In this document: piece by piece, positions 12,251-23,959 of the stretch
How positions within the stretch are numbered: position 1 is the stretch's first letter
Layout of the letters: every line of letters starts with the position of its first letter
Assembly (NCBI RefSeq): GCF_006345805.1
Contig: NC_043004.1
Span: 96,472,001-96,536,000 of the forward strand
Source of the DNA: Octopus sinensis
Taxonomy: Eukaryota
Length of the DNA: 64,000 nucleotides
Reading direction: 5' to 3'
Notes under the pieces: model-generated
What the model saw: the letters and a program-made list of their open reading frames with translations, nothing else
The model's database searches: none
Told to the model about the DNA's origin: nothing
Program-made: the position numbers and the translations under genes

Positions 12251-12305
12251 GAAGGTCCGTTTTACCGAAGTCGTGTCTCGCCTTTACCTTCGAAACACAG
12301 AGTAG
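12251..12305 (+). CDS. candidate terminal or UTR exon start in a CpG-rich block
   Basis: Strong acceptor ttttatttaatttgttttgcag|; CpG-rich to about 12450; all three frames stop within 100 nt (phase 2 gives KVRFTEVVSRLYLRNTE*). Confidence 0.25.
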
Positions 12306-13467
12306 ATGAAACGGAGGCAGTCGAAGAAGGGGAATTTTCCTAGTGTTGTATGTCTTGTACCCTGTTTTTTCGTTGTTTAAAAGAAATGTCCGTTTCCATG
12401 GTTCTGTTTTTGTGTTTTCGTTTCTCATTATATTCGACGTTTTTTTGGTGTCCTGTACCTATATATGCATGTATATATACATATAGATGTAGGTACGTAC
12501 ATATATGTATGTATATATGCATATGTATTATTTATTATTTTGTTATATATATATATATACACTAATATAGACACATACATATCACACGCATGGAGACACT
12601 CATTTGCATATACTCAGATCGGATGTGATAGTTGGATATTGTTCCTAATGTTTTTGTATTGGATTATTCAAACTACTACTCTGTTCATAACCTTTGTAAA
12701 TACTTCTATTAACATATCTTAGCCTTATTATATTATCTTGTCTTAATCACAGCTGGCAGAGTTGGCATAATGTCAGTTTAAGGTGTAAACTGTTAATGTC
12801 CTATCACCTATGTTGTGTTTTATGTTGATGATCAAGTCTGTTTTGCTAGATGAATCTATCTTGATGGAAATGAAGACTGAAAAAGGATGCTGCTTATAGC
12901 TATTGGCAGCATCAATGTCAGATGTGTATAACTGATAATTTTTCAGTGACTTACTGTACTGAGCTCAAACCATATAACAAACGTAATTTTGAGAGCCCTT
13001 TCCTGATTAAGGCATCCAATTAAGAAAAGCCAAATAATTGACAAATAAACTATCTATTGATGCAACTAATTAAGCAAAATTAAAGCATTTCACTTTATTT
13101 ATTGCAGCTGGTTAAAATGAATGGATATTAATTATTTTCCCTTAGGCATAAGACCCAGTTTGTCAAGAAAATATTAAGTTAATTGAATTGACAACTTATT
13201 GTTTTTTTCTTTCCTTTCCTGTAATTGATACTTCTTTTACCTTCTGAGTGACAACAAATATAATTTCAACTCTCTTTCTTCCTCTTTGACTCTCTCTCTC
13301 TCTCTCTCTCTCTCCCTCCCTCCCTTAAATGGAAGGTCAGTCTATAACTGTTAGATTTCTCTTTTTTCTGCAGCATATGAATTCATCATTGCTCAACTAC
13401 TTCCTGAATAATATTCTTTGGATTCTCTTGTTTTGAGCTTATTAATTAATATTTAGATCTTAAAACC

Positions 13468-13648
13468 CTTTCTACTAAAGGTACAAATCCTGAAATTTTG
13501 TTGGAAGAGTCTAGTTGAATACGTTGACCTCAGTGCTCAACTGGTAATTATTTTATCGACCCCAAAAGGAAGAAAGACAAAGCAGACTTTGGTGGAATTT
13601 GCTAAGTATTTTGCTTGGAAGGCTAATGATTCTGCCAACTCACTGCCT
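13468..13648 (-). mobile_element. SINE family B, internally deleted
   Basis: ttatcgaccccaaaagg..gactttggtggaattt..tctgccaactcactgcc. Confidence 0.7.
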
Positions 13649-13685
13649 ATTCAGATTTGAATATGAATACAAGATTGTAAGTACT

Positions 13686-14272
13686 CTTTTCTACACTAGG
13701 CACATTGCCCGAAATTTTAGTGGGAGGGGGCCAGTCAATTAGATTGACCCCAGTATGCAACTGGTACTTAATATATCAAGAATGAAAGGCAAAGTTGACC
13801 TCGGTGGAATTTGAACTCAGAACATAAAAACAGACGAAATACCACTAAGCATTTCACCCAACATGCTAACATTTTTTATTTCTTTACTGCCCACGAGGGG
13901 CTACACACACAAGGGACAAACAAGTACAGGCAAAGGGATTAAATTGATTACATCAACACCAGTGCATAACTGGTACTTAATTTATCGAACCAGAAAGGAT
14001 GAAAGGCAAAGTTGACCTCGGTGGAATTTGAACTCAGAACATAAAAACAAACGAAATACCTATTTCTTTATTACCCACAAGGGGCTAAACATAGAAGGCA
14101 CAAACAAGGACAGACATAGGTATTAAGTCGATTACATCGACCCCAGTGCGTAACTGGTACTTAATTTATCGACCCCGAAAGGATGAAAGGTAAAGTCGAC
14201 CTCGGCGGAATTTGAACTCACAATGTAACGGCAGACGAAATACCTATTTCTTTATTACCCACAAGGGGCTAA
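13686..14272 (-). mobile_element. SINE family B tandem array, about 3 units, 184-bp period
   Basis: gaaatacc|tatttc junctions start at 14053 and 14237 (184 apart). Confidence 0.92.
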
Positions 14273-14510
14273 GTACCAATTGCATACTGGGGTTGATCTA
14301 ATTGACTGCCTCCCTCCCACAAAATTTCTGGCCTTGTTCCTAGAGTACAAAAGAATATTTTGAGTTCAAATTCTGCTGGGGTCTACTTTGTCTTTCATGC
14401 TTTCAGGGTCAATAAAATAAGTGCCAATTGAGTGCTGGGGGTCGATGTAATCAACTTATACCCGCCAATGAACTTGCTGGCTTGTGCCAAAATTTGAAAC
14501 CGTTATTATC
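14273..14510 (+). mobile_element. two SINE family B 3' fragments with different tails
   Basis: gtaccaattgcatactgggg..ggccttgttcctagagtacaaaag, then gagttcaaattctgctgggg..gccaaaatttgaaacc. Confidence 0.75.
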
Positions 14511-14849
14511 ATATGTTTGTAATTTAATTTTATTCACTATATTCATGTAGATACTACTAATACTACTGCTACTACTATTACTACTACTACTACTACTACT
14601 ACAACTACTACTATGTAGCCAAAACTACTTGGTTATATGAGCTATTAATTGTAAGTTGATGTAGCTGACAGTCCAAGAATTTGATTTTAAATGAAATTAA
14701 AACTTAGGTGTATGAAAAGAACCTTTGGTAAATATTGAATTCAAATCAGATACGTTAAGAATTGCAATTACAAGCGATTTGTTGTGTCACCTAGATAATT
14801 AAAACCTGTATTTATTAACTGCAACCACTTATGTATGGACTATATGGAA

Positions 14850-15300
14850 AATCAGTAGACATTGAATAGATAAGCACAGTATGTAACTGTTGACTGACTG
14901 AACAGAAGCAATCTGTAGATGTTAACTGGACAAACATGGTCTATAAGTGTTGACTAAATAGAAACTGACAATAATTAATGGTTGAATAGACAGTTTATTG
15001 ATGCTGGCTGCACTGATATAGTCTGCTGGATATACACTATATAGACACATACAGTCTGAAGCTATTTACTAGTCAGAAAAATTTCAGTAAATATTCACAT
15101 ATTAGGCTATTCACTGGTCAAAAAATTCCTGTAAATATTCGCCAGGTAGACTTTGAATGATGTCTGTATGCTTTGTGGGTGTCCACCAGAAGAAAAAAAA
15201 AAGCAGTTCATAGTTGTCTGACTAAATAAATACAGTTTATGGGTCTCTGACTAGACTGACATGGTTTAGAGGTGTCAACAGAATATACATCAAATTTAAA
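14850..15300. repeat. degenerate ~28-30-bp minisatellite
   Basis: Recurrent units resembling ACAGTCTATRGRTGTTGACTRRAYAGAC (for example near 14877, 14936, 14990, 15203, 15232, 15260), plus a 45-bp-period pair at 15061 and 15106. Confidence 0.5.
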
Positions 15301-15484
15301 ACTGTGAATAAGATAAACACCTATATTTAGGGACTGGAAAGGTATGGACTGTGAAGGTAAATACACATACCAATGTCTGTAAGAGCTGACCCTTGTTATT
15401 TATTAGCTAGCTTATTCCTAGAAAGTAGGGGCTATCAAGGAGGTACTTCTGGAGAACAACAAACTGCAGTGACAATAGAAAATA

Positions 15485-15925
15485 AGCTCATGAGTTCAAA
15501 TTCTGCCGAGGTCGACTTTGCCTTTCATCCTTTTGGGGTCGATAAATTAAGTACCAGTTACGCACTGGGGTCGATGTAATCGACTTAATACCTATGTCTG
15601 TCCTTATTTGTCCGCTCTGTGTTTAGCTCCTTGTGGGTAATAAAGAAATAGGTATTTCGTCTGCTGTTACGTTGTGAGTTCAAATCCCGCCGAGGTCGAC
15701 TTTGCCTTTCATCCTTTCGGGGTCGATAAATTAAGTACCAGTTACGCACTGGGGTTGATGTAATCGACTTAATACCTATGTCTGTCCTTGTTTGTCCGCT
15801 CTGTGTTTAGCCCCTTGTGGGTAATAAAGAAATAGGTATTTTGTTGTGAGTTCAAATTCTGCCGAGGTCGACCTTGCCTTTCATCTTTTGGGGGTCGATA
15901 AATTAAGTACCAGTTACGCAGTGGG
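15485..15925 (+). mobile_element. SINE family B tandem array, about 2.5 units
   Basis: tgagttcaaa at 15491, 15675 and 15847 (periods 184 and 172); first junction gaaata|ggtatttc. Confidence 0.93.
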
Positions 15926-16699
15926 ACTATTACGAAAATTGGTGATTGGGCACTCAAAACCAGACGTTACAGCGAGATAAAATGAAAACATTTATCAGGC
16001 AGAGAAAGAAAAAGAGAGAGAGAGAGAAAGAAAAATGGTTGATTTAATGGATCGATTGATACTCTTTACATTTATTAATATATTTATTAATATAACATCT
16101 AACATAGCTTGCATTGTTGGTTAATAGATTATCTGTTAATATCTTTTTAAAGCGATCTGCAAGTTAAAATACAGTACTTAAATACCTCATTCCATGTTTT
16201 GAGGAAAGCATCTTTGAGAAGGTTTTTTTTTTTTTTCTTTTGTTAAGCAAACATGTGGAGCACTTAATATATTTCTATTCTGCCATGGTAGGACAGTCTG
16301 CAATTAAGGTAGCCTCAAGGAACATTTTATGAAAAAATGTTGGTAACTTATTTATCTATGAAGACGCATATACATAAGGAGGCATTGATATTGAACGAAT
16401 CCCTTATAGTTAAAACGACAGTCTTCTTCTTCTTCTTATTCCTCCTCCTCCTCCTCTTCTTTTTCTTCTTCTTTTCCGCTTTTCACCATCTTCTACTTAT
16501 TTTCCTTCATCTACTTCTTCAGTAGTTCAGAAGAACTGTTATATTATATTTTTTTTATATGTGATCCTTATTGCTATTTTCTGGAGTTAGCACGTTTTGC
16601 TTGCATCACCTGAAGCAAGAATATCATAATTTAAATGTAGCAGCTAAAGGGATAACAAAAAATGCAATAAATGCATTTACAGGAATAAAATGTTTTTGT

Positions 16700-16911
16700 T
16701 TATTAGGGTTATTATTATCATTATTATTATTATTATTATTATCATTCTTCTTCTTCTTCTTCTTCTTCTTCTTCTTCTTTTTCTTCTTCTTCTTCTTCTT
16801 CTTCTTCTTCTTCTTCTTCTTCTTCTTCTTCTTCTTCTTCTTCTTCTACTTATTATTATTATTATTATTATTATTAGTAGTAGTAGTAGTAGTGGTAGTA
16901 GTAGTAGTAGC
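16700..16911. repeat. compound (ATT)n-(CTT)n-(ATT)n-(AGT)n microsatellite
   Basis: Directly visible; source of the poly-F and poly-L ORFs. Confidence 0.95.
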
Positions 16912-17582
16912 TAGAAGAGATAGCTCTGAAAAATTTAAGTTGATTAGATTATATATGATAGGAAATGGCGGGGACACTTAATTTTGACATTTATTTGTAC
17001 AACCAGAAAAGAATGTGATGTAGTATTATTACAGCCCACCTTTCCCAACGTACACAACAAGCCTCTAGTATTTTAAAAATGTTTTATTTATATATATATT
17101 GAAAGTCCAATGGAAAAACGGATATAAAATGATGATGCGTGGGTGAGCAATGACAGCATCAATAGCAGTAGCAGCTAAGCCGAGTGAGCTATATTCTTTT
17201 TGCCTTTGTGTTTTGATAGTATTGTAGGTTTGTTAATTTTACATAAACCAGTTTGTCATAATAATTCAGCTATACATAAAAAGTAGTTAGTCAGTGTTAA
17301 AATACATGAAACTTTAAAATGCTGAATAAAAGTAATATGCAGTAAGGAAAACAATATTAGTCAATGTTATTATTATTTTCATTTTTTTTCTTTTTTCCCA
17401 GCAAGCACACTAAACATTCTTCAGTATTATTCTGACCTCATCATCATCATCATCATAAAAAGAAAAAAGTGAACACTAAAGCATTTGCTAACTAAATATA
17501 CTAAGCTGTATCTTTATTGGTAGAGAAATATAGAATTGCTTAGACTTAAATAATCGAAGATGCAATAAAAATAATAATAAAA

Positions 17583-17910
17583 AGGCTACAGAGGGGTGAT
17601 GGATACCCTGCACACACACATAAGGATAAAGTAGAATTTAATCTAATGATCTCAGATGAATTAATATTTCAACAAAATGACATCAAGAGTTATTTATCCT
17701 GCATATTGCTTAAGAATATGTATAAAAAAAAAATACATCTTGATTCACCTGACCAAAATTTAATGAGTTCAAGCCACTTACCCAATAAGTATTTCTGCCA
17801 AATTTGGTGAAAATCCATTCAGCCATTTCCCAATAATTTTGCAAACACACAGACAGACAAAGAGGAGTGACTACAATACTCTGCTTTCGCTTACATGTGC
17901 AGGGTAATAA
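17583..17910 (+). mobile_element. Helentron-associated (HINE/DINE-1-like) element
   Basis: Sub-terminal inverted repeat ACCCTGCACA (17605-17614) / TGTGCAGGGT (17896-17905); internal ccaaatttggtgaaaatccattcagcc and acagacagac block typical of HINEs. Confidence 0.65.
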
Positions 17911-19844
17911 TTAGATCAATTTTCAGTTTCCTACCAAAGTTATCTTAATACCATTTTCACTGAGTACAGTTGTATCATCAGAAATATGGAATATTTCACT
18001 GAAGAGGTCATAGGATGTGAGACAGAATATCTTTGACAAAGAAACTAAAGTAATGATAATAAAGCTGAAGTGAAGACCAAATATATAGTGCATATATTTA
18101 ATTGTCAAAATATGACCATCGTCAAGGAATATATAATGTTTTGTGGTAATTATTTCATGAACAAATCCTCCTCATCATCATCATCATTGTTTAATGTCCC
18201 CCTTTCATGAGCAGAAGAAAAGAGACATTTTCCTGGGCCTCTAAAGGTAGCAGGGAGAAAGGAGGACATTTTCCTCAGACAAGAGCCCAACTTAGAATGT
18301 TTATAGTAAAGTAGGCTCTGCTACAAGTACATAAGGAGCACATGGTGGTTTTAAGCTGGGTGATGGAATAATTCTACAAAATATCACTCATAATGCTTAG
18401 GTGGAAACTTTCCCAAATTTCTGTTATTGAATCAAATACAAAACCACGTAATTGTGAAACGAACATACAAACCACGCAGTTATGCCAATACCCATATGTA
18501 TTGTTTATGTAGATCCCAAAGTAGAGTTGCCAAAATTATGTATACCGATACATTTTATCTCATGGGTAACATTTAAACCATATATTGCTATTGTCATCAT
18601 CATCATCTAGAGTTTTTAATCCAGGTTTTGTCGCTATTAATTGGGGTGGCCAGATCTACCTCAATGCCATAGCAACTGAGGCAGGCAGGTGCAGCCCACC
18701 CCAACCTTTGGGCTGGCTGGAGTTCATTCTCCCTTGCTATCATGAGGCTTTTTTGGAACATGCCCTTGCTTACCCCCAACTTCAGTTTCTAGACATGAGT
18801 AGTCCTGAGACCAAGGATTCTACCACAATTTTTAAGAAATGTGGTGGAAAAAACTAGCTCAGGAAGGCAGGGACGCTACTCCCTGAGACCCCTTCAGAAC
18901 CCCTTGCCTATGTTGTGTATAAACTACAAATCTAGTTGTGCACAGACCACAAAAATATTAAAAATAGAAGACTACCTCGACATTTCAGATGCACATACTG
19001 GTTGTTGCCACAGCAAGCTTCAACACCCTACAGTTCTTCTCAATACATAAAATCCATCTCTAAACATCACAACAGTTTATATAACAGTGCTACAATAGAA
19101 TTATGATAACACTCTTTTAGCTAAATTGCTTTCACACAGGAACATGAATAAACTGAAACACTGTGCTGGGATATATACCACCAACAATAAGAGCAAAGAA
19201 AGAGCAACTGTTGTGTCCTGACTAAGTTCACTTTACCCACTTCTGTTGCAGCCACAATAGAAATAGACTGGACCGTGGAGAGAGTATAGTGTGTCTAGAT
19301 GGCCACACAGTATCCAGCACAATTTGTCACTGTTTGTCAGTGTGCCGTATGGTCATGGACTAGACAAAAGCATAGCACAATGAAGATAAAATATGTTGAC
19401 TGTGCTTGGTTTTTTTCAGCTGACAACCTATGTGCAATAGGTTTGTTCAGTGTGAGATTACCTGTGACAACAACACTAATTATACACAAATGCATTATTT
19501 ATGATTTACATCTCTCCAGTCAGCATTTATCTGTCTGTGTCTGTGCTGTCAAAAGTTCATTTTTTTGTGTGTATACAATCAATACATATTAATTGTCTAG
19601 CAAGTTAAAATCCATATTTAAAAATCTCTCACTCATTAAAAACGATCGCTTGAAGTCTATACAACATTTAAATGTTGTATTCCACCGGTCACCATTCCAA
19701 GTAAGTACATGTCCATCCAGTTAACTACATGCTATCTTGTGACTCAGGCTTGACTTGTATCTCTTCTATAATCATGATCCTAAAAAAACATACTCCAAAA
19801 AAAGACAACACTGTTTTTTTACCAATGGCACTTACACAAAGGCA

Positions 19845-20170
19845 AATGGCTCAGTGGTTACAGCATTGAGCTTGCAATCATGTGAAAGAGAGTATGATTC
19901 CTGGACCAGGCTGTGTGTTGTGCTTTTGAGCACATTACTCCAGTTCACTCAGCTGTAAAAATGAGTTGTGACATTGCTGGTACCAAGCTGTATTGGACTT
20001 TTCCTTTCCCTTGGGTAACATCAGTGGTGTAGAAAGAAGAGGTGGGTATGCATGGGCAACTGCTTGTCTTCCACAAACAATCTTGCCCAGATTTGTGCCT
20101 CAGTAACTTTCTAGAAGCAATCTTACGATCTTTCAGGACTGAAGGGGGTCTTTACCCTTTACCATTTACC
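19845..20170 (+). mobile_element. SINE family D (tRNA head plus central domain)
   Basis: tggctcagtggttacag A-box, gattcctgg B-box remnant, gtgttgtg..ttgagca..ctccagttcactcagctg core shared with 29236. Confidence 0.7.
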
Positions 20171-20907
20171 TACACAGAATTACTAAACATATTAAGGAAA
20201 AATATTTTACTGTACATTCCCTACATATGAGTAACCTACAACAAAAGTCTTCAAATTTACTACATTAGGCCTTGCTTTCTTTGATGCCTTTATTGCCTTT
20301 CTCATGGTGGAAGCCATAAATGTATAACATGACAAAAACTTATATTAAAAATATAGGTTTCTTCAGAGCCAGAAAATACTTTAGTTCTGGTCAGTTACTG
20401 ACCAATTACAAAGATCAAAAGAAACACAAACTGGTGTATTTCTCGATCTTATAATTAAGCCATAACTAACATTATATGAGATTAACAACAATGTTATTTG
20501 GTTTATTGATAATCATTATTAATTAATTAAACATTGTTACTTTTCTCACTCTCATCTTTCATTACTTCTACAGCTTATTCTCCTTTGAAGTAACGAGCTG
20601 TATACTAGTACTGTCCGGTCCAGTCTGGTTTGAGCAACTGTTACTTTCTTTTCCAATGTCTACACTGTTTTACATCACAATTCCCACACTAGATATTTTA
20701 GATTTTGAATTACACCCATCCTCAGCTCTTTTCTTTCCAAAACTTTTCTTACTACTAAACTTCAAAATGACCTATCAACTATATATAGGTCCTTACTAGT
20801 TTGCGATAATCCATTTACAAAATTATTGGGCGTGGGTCCTCTTCCTCTCACTTATGAATAATAATAAAAACTGATGCTTCAATACTTGTAGAGCATCTAT
20901 CAATCTA

Positions 20908-20925
20908 CCATCATCATCATCATTG

Positions 20926-20959
<34 letters not shown>

Positions 20960-20973
20960 TGTCATCCTCATTG

Positions 20974-21013
<40 letters not shown>

Positions 21014-21114
21014 CATCATCATTGTCATCCTCATTGTCATCATCATCATCATCATCATCATCATCGTCATCATCATCATCATCATCGTCATCATCATCAT
21101 CATCATCGTCATCG

Positions 21115-21155
<41 letters not shown>

Positions 21156-21174
21156 GTCATCCTCATTGTCATCG

Positions 21175-21211
<37 letters not shown>

Positions 21212-21258
21212 TGTCGTCATCCTCGTCATCATCATTGTCATCATCATCATCATCATCA
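20908..21258. repeat. ~350-bp (CAT)n array with CGT/TGT/CCT variants
   Basis: Continuous with the 3' tail of the minus-strand RTE-tail repeat at 21259; source of the poly-D, poly-M and poly-S ORFs. Confidence 0.95.
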
Positions 21259-21470
21259 ACTTTTAATGTCTGATTTCCATGCTGGCAAGGGTTGGACAGT
21301 TTAACCGGACCTGGCAAGCTGGAGAGCTGTATACCAGGCTCCAGTTTGATTAGTTGTAGTTTCTATGGTTGGATGCCCTTCCTAACAGCAACCATTTTAC
21401 AGAATGTGCTGGATGCTTTTACGTGGCACCAGCACGAGTGCTTTTCCTGTGGCACTGGCACGATTACACT
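21259..21470 (-). mobile_element. RTE-tail repeat
   Basis: ttttaatgtctgatttccatgctggcaagggttggacag..ggatgcccttcctaac..gtgccacc-like segment. Confidence 0.8.
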
Positions 21471-21609
21471 TTGTGTGACACTTGTACAGGATGCATATAT
21501 ATATATATATATATATATAAAGATAAGATTGTTAATTTAATTATCAATCATATCAAGTGGCCAGCATGGGAATAAAAACCTTCAAAGGTAATAATTACTA
21601 TTAAAATTG

Positions 21610-21720
21610 TAATTTAGGGTATCTAAGAGATACCTCCATTCTGGAAATAGCAGCCAAAACTTGACTCTTAAACCACGTGATATTTCCAGCATGGAGGTAT
21701 CTCTTAGATACCCTAAATTA
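21610..21720. repeat. inverted repeat, 40-bp arms (1 mismatch), 31-nt spacer
   Basis: 21610-21649 is the reverse complement of 21681-21720 except T21640/C21690; both ends are TA. Confidence 0.95.
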
Positions 21721-21759
21721 TATTTCTAATTTATACATATATATGTATATACACTACAC

Positions 21760-21915
21760 TCACGGAGTGGTTGGCGTTAGGAAGGGTATCCAGCTGTAGA
21801 AACATTGCCAGATAAGACCGGAGTCTGGTGCAGCCTTCTGGCTTCCCAGATCCCCGGTCGAACCGTCCAACCCATGCTAGCATGGAGAATGGACGTTAAA
21901 CGATGATGATGATGA
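21760..21915 (+). mobile_element. RTE-tail repeat, young
   Basis: ggagtggttggcgttaggaagggtatccagc..ccatgctagcatggagaatggacgttaaacgatgatgat. Confidence 0.88.
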
Positions 21916-22764
21916 TGTATGTATGTATGTATGTATGTATGTGTGTATGTATGTATGTGTGTATGTATGTATGTATGTATACTTACACATAACTTCTTAT
22001 ATATTCTTATATACTTAAACACATAAATATTCGGTCTAACTTTTACTAACTTAATACTAAATCAACACTTTATCTATCTGGTTGACACATATACGCTGTG
22101 TCTGTCTAGTTGAAGTTGGCATTGTGTGACGATCCAGTTAGCATCTTCTCAACAAGCCTATTGATTCAGTCAGTACTAACATTGTATTATTCCATTGTTA
22201 ACATTTCCAACATCCATCTTATGTCTATATAACCAATGCCAACTGGTATAGTAGAGAACTGTGAACCAGTGACAGAATAAAAGAGAAAATTCTATAATTT
22301 ATGAGCAGTTTGATAGCTTAACATCTCTGAATCTGAGTTCTCATTATGACTGTTCAACCAAACCTAACTAATAATAACAACCAATGACCGTTGATCAAGG
22401 AATTAATCTAACAATGAGAACACTAGCAGTAAGAAGAGCAATGACATCAGTGTAAAATAGTTTCTCCAAGTCACACTGTCTGATATAAAGACACACGCTC
22501 ATGCATGAACACACATATGTACAAAAGTTCGAAGCTATACACATTTTTCTATTAAGTGAAAAATATTCTCATTTGGTAGAAAGAGACAAGGAATTACACA
22601 ATTTCCTTACTGATTATTTACTTCTATTTTCTAACAGGAGATAGGGTAAAATGAAAAAAAAAAAAAAAATTAAAATAAAATATAATAAAATAAAACAACA
22701 AAAATACAAAAATAAACCCCCCAAAAGAAGCAAGCAATAAAACAAAAACAAAATTGCAAAATAA

Positions 22765-22781
22765 TAATAATAACAATAATA

Positions 22782-22850
<69 letters not shown>
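22765..22850. repeat. (AAT)n microsatellite
   Basis: Directly visible. Confidence 0.95.
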
Positions 22851-22851
<1 letters not shown>

Positions 22852-23519
22852 CAGCACACACATATAAGCACGATTACTAACACTAGACAAGAACATTATA
22901 TTAAGTTCTTTAACTATTTGAAATGTTAAATAGACCATTTATCAAAAAAAGTAATAGTTCTATCGTGTTCAAACAAGTGAGAAATAGCTACTAAAAAGCA
23001 TCGTCATCATCATGATCATCATCATCATCACTGTCGTCATCATCACCATCATCATCTTCATCCTCATCCCCACCACCACCATCGTCGTCGTCGTCGTCGT
23101 CGTCGTCATTGTCGTCATTAACGTTATCACCATCAGCAGAAAAGAAACAGTAACAGGATATAAGTAACTACATTGATAATGATATGTTGATAGTAATGTT
23201 GGTGGTAGTTAAGAAAAACCCAGGAGAGAATTATTAATCGAAGTGGATAAATGATGATAGATCTTTTGAATGATTATAGAAAGCTATATTTGGAGAGAGA
23301 AAGAGAGAGACACAGAGAGACAGAAAGAGACAGAGTGGTGGGAGATGGGCAGTAAAATGTCTGAATAGGCAAGCTATCAAGGCTACCAACTCATGCACTC
23401 AGTGTTCAAATCTGTTGCAAATGTTTCATTTTATGTTTTAACATCTTGAAATAGTTCACTGCATGGTTTTCAGTCCACCAAGCTGTTAGTTTAGGGCCAC
23501 CATCAGTCAGTGTTGACCA

Positions 23520-23865
23520 TGCATCTGCTGACCTGAAGAAGATTTTTGAGGGCGATTTTGCTGTACTTGAGAAGATGCATCAAGCTAAATAAAATCGCTG
23601 TCGTCCATACATACAGACAGGCTTGTCCTTTATGGGTTGCCAGTACCACATAAAATGCACTTGTGGCTATTGCTGCTTAAACACACCCATGCTGGTGGCA
23701 TGACAAAAATGCACCCAACAGATTCTGTAAAAAGGTTAGCATTAGGAAGAACATCCAGCTATAGAAACCATGCCACAACAGGCAAATGGAGTCTGGACAG
23801 CCTTGTCAAACCGTCCAACACATGACAGCATGGAAAACGGACGTTAGACAATGATGATGATGATG
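23520..23865 (+). mobile_element. RTE LINE 3' end and tail
   Basis: gctgtacttgagaagatgcatcaagctaaataa (AVLEKMHQAK*) then 3' UTR and (GAT)n. Confidence 0.75.
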
Positions 23866-23959
23866 ACTAGCAGTTGGCCACATGTGAAATACTCTTCCCT
23901 TCAAAACACTGATGTGTATCCAAGCAAAAGTTTACCAACTTGGGCAGATACAGTTTGGC

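Noticed and set aside
13686-15925. CRISPR-like regularly spaced repeats
   Set aside because: The units are 184-bp SINE bodies with no unique spacers, the context is eukaryotic, and no cas ORFs are present.
20560-20860. Coding-looking purine-rich minus-strand stretch
   Set aside because: All three frames contain stops after the candidate acceptor, and no family motif is recognisable.
20823-21317. 164-aa poly-Asp ORF and overlapping poly-Met and poly-Ser ORFs
   Set aside because: They arise from a (CAT)n array attached to a retrotransposon tail.
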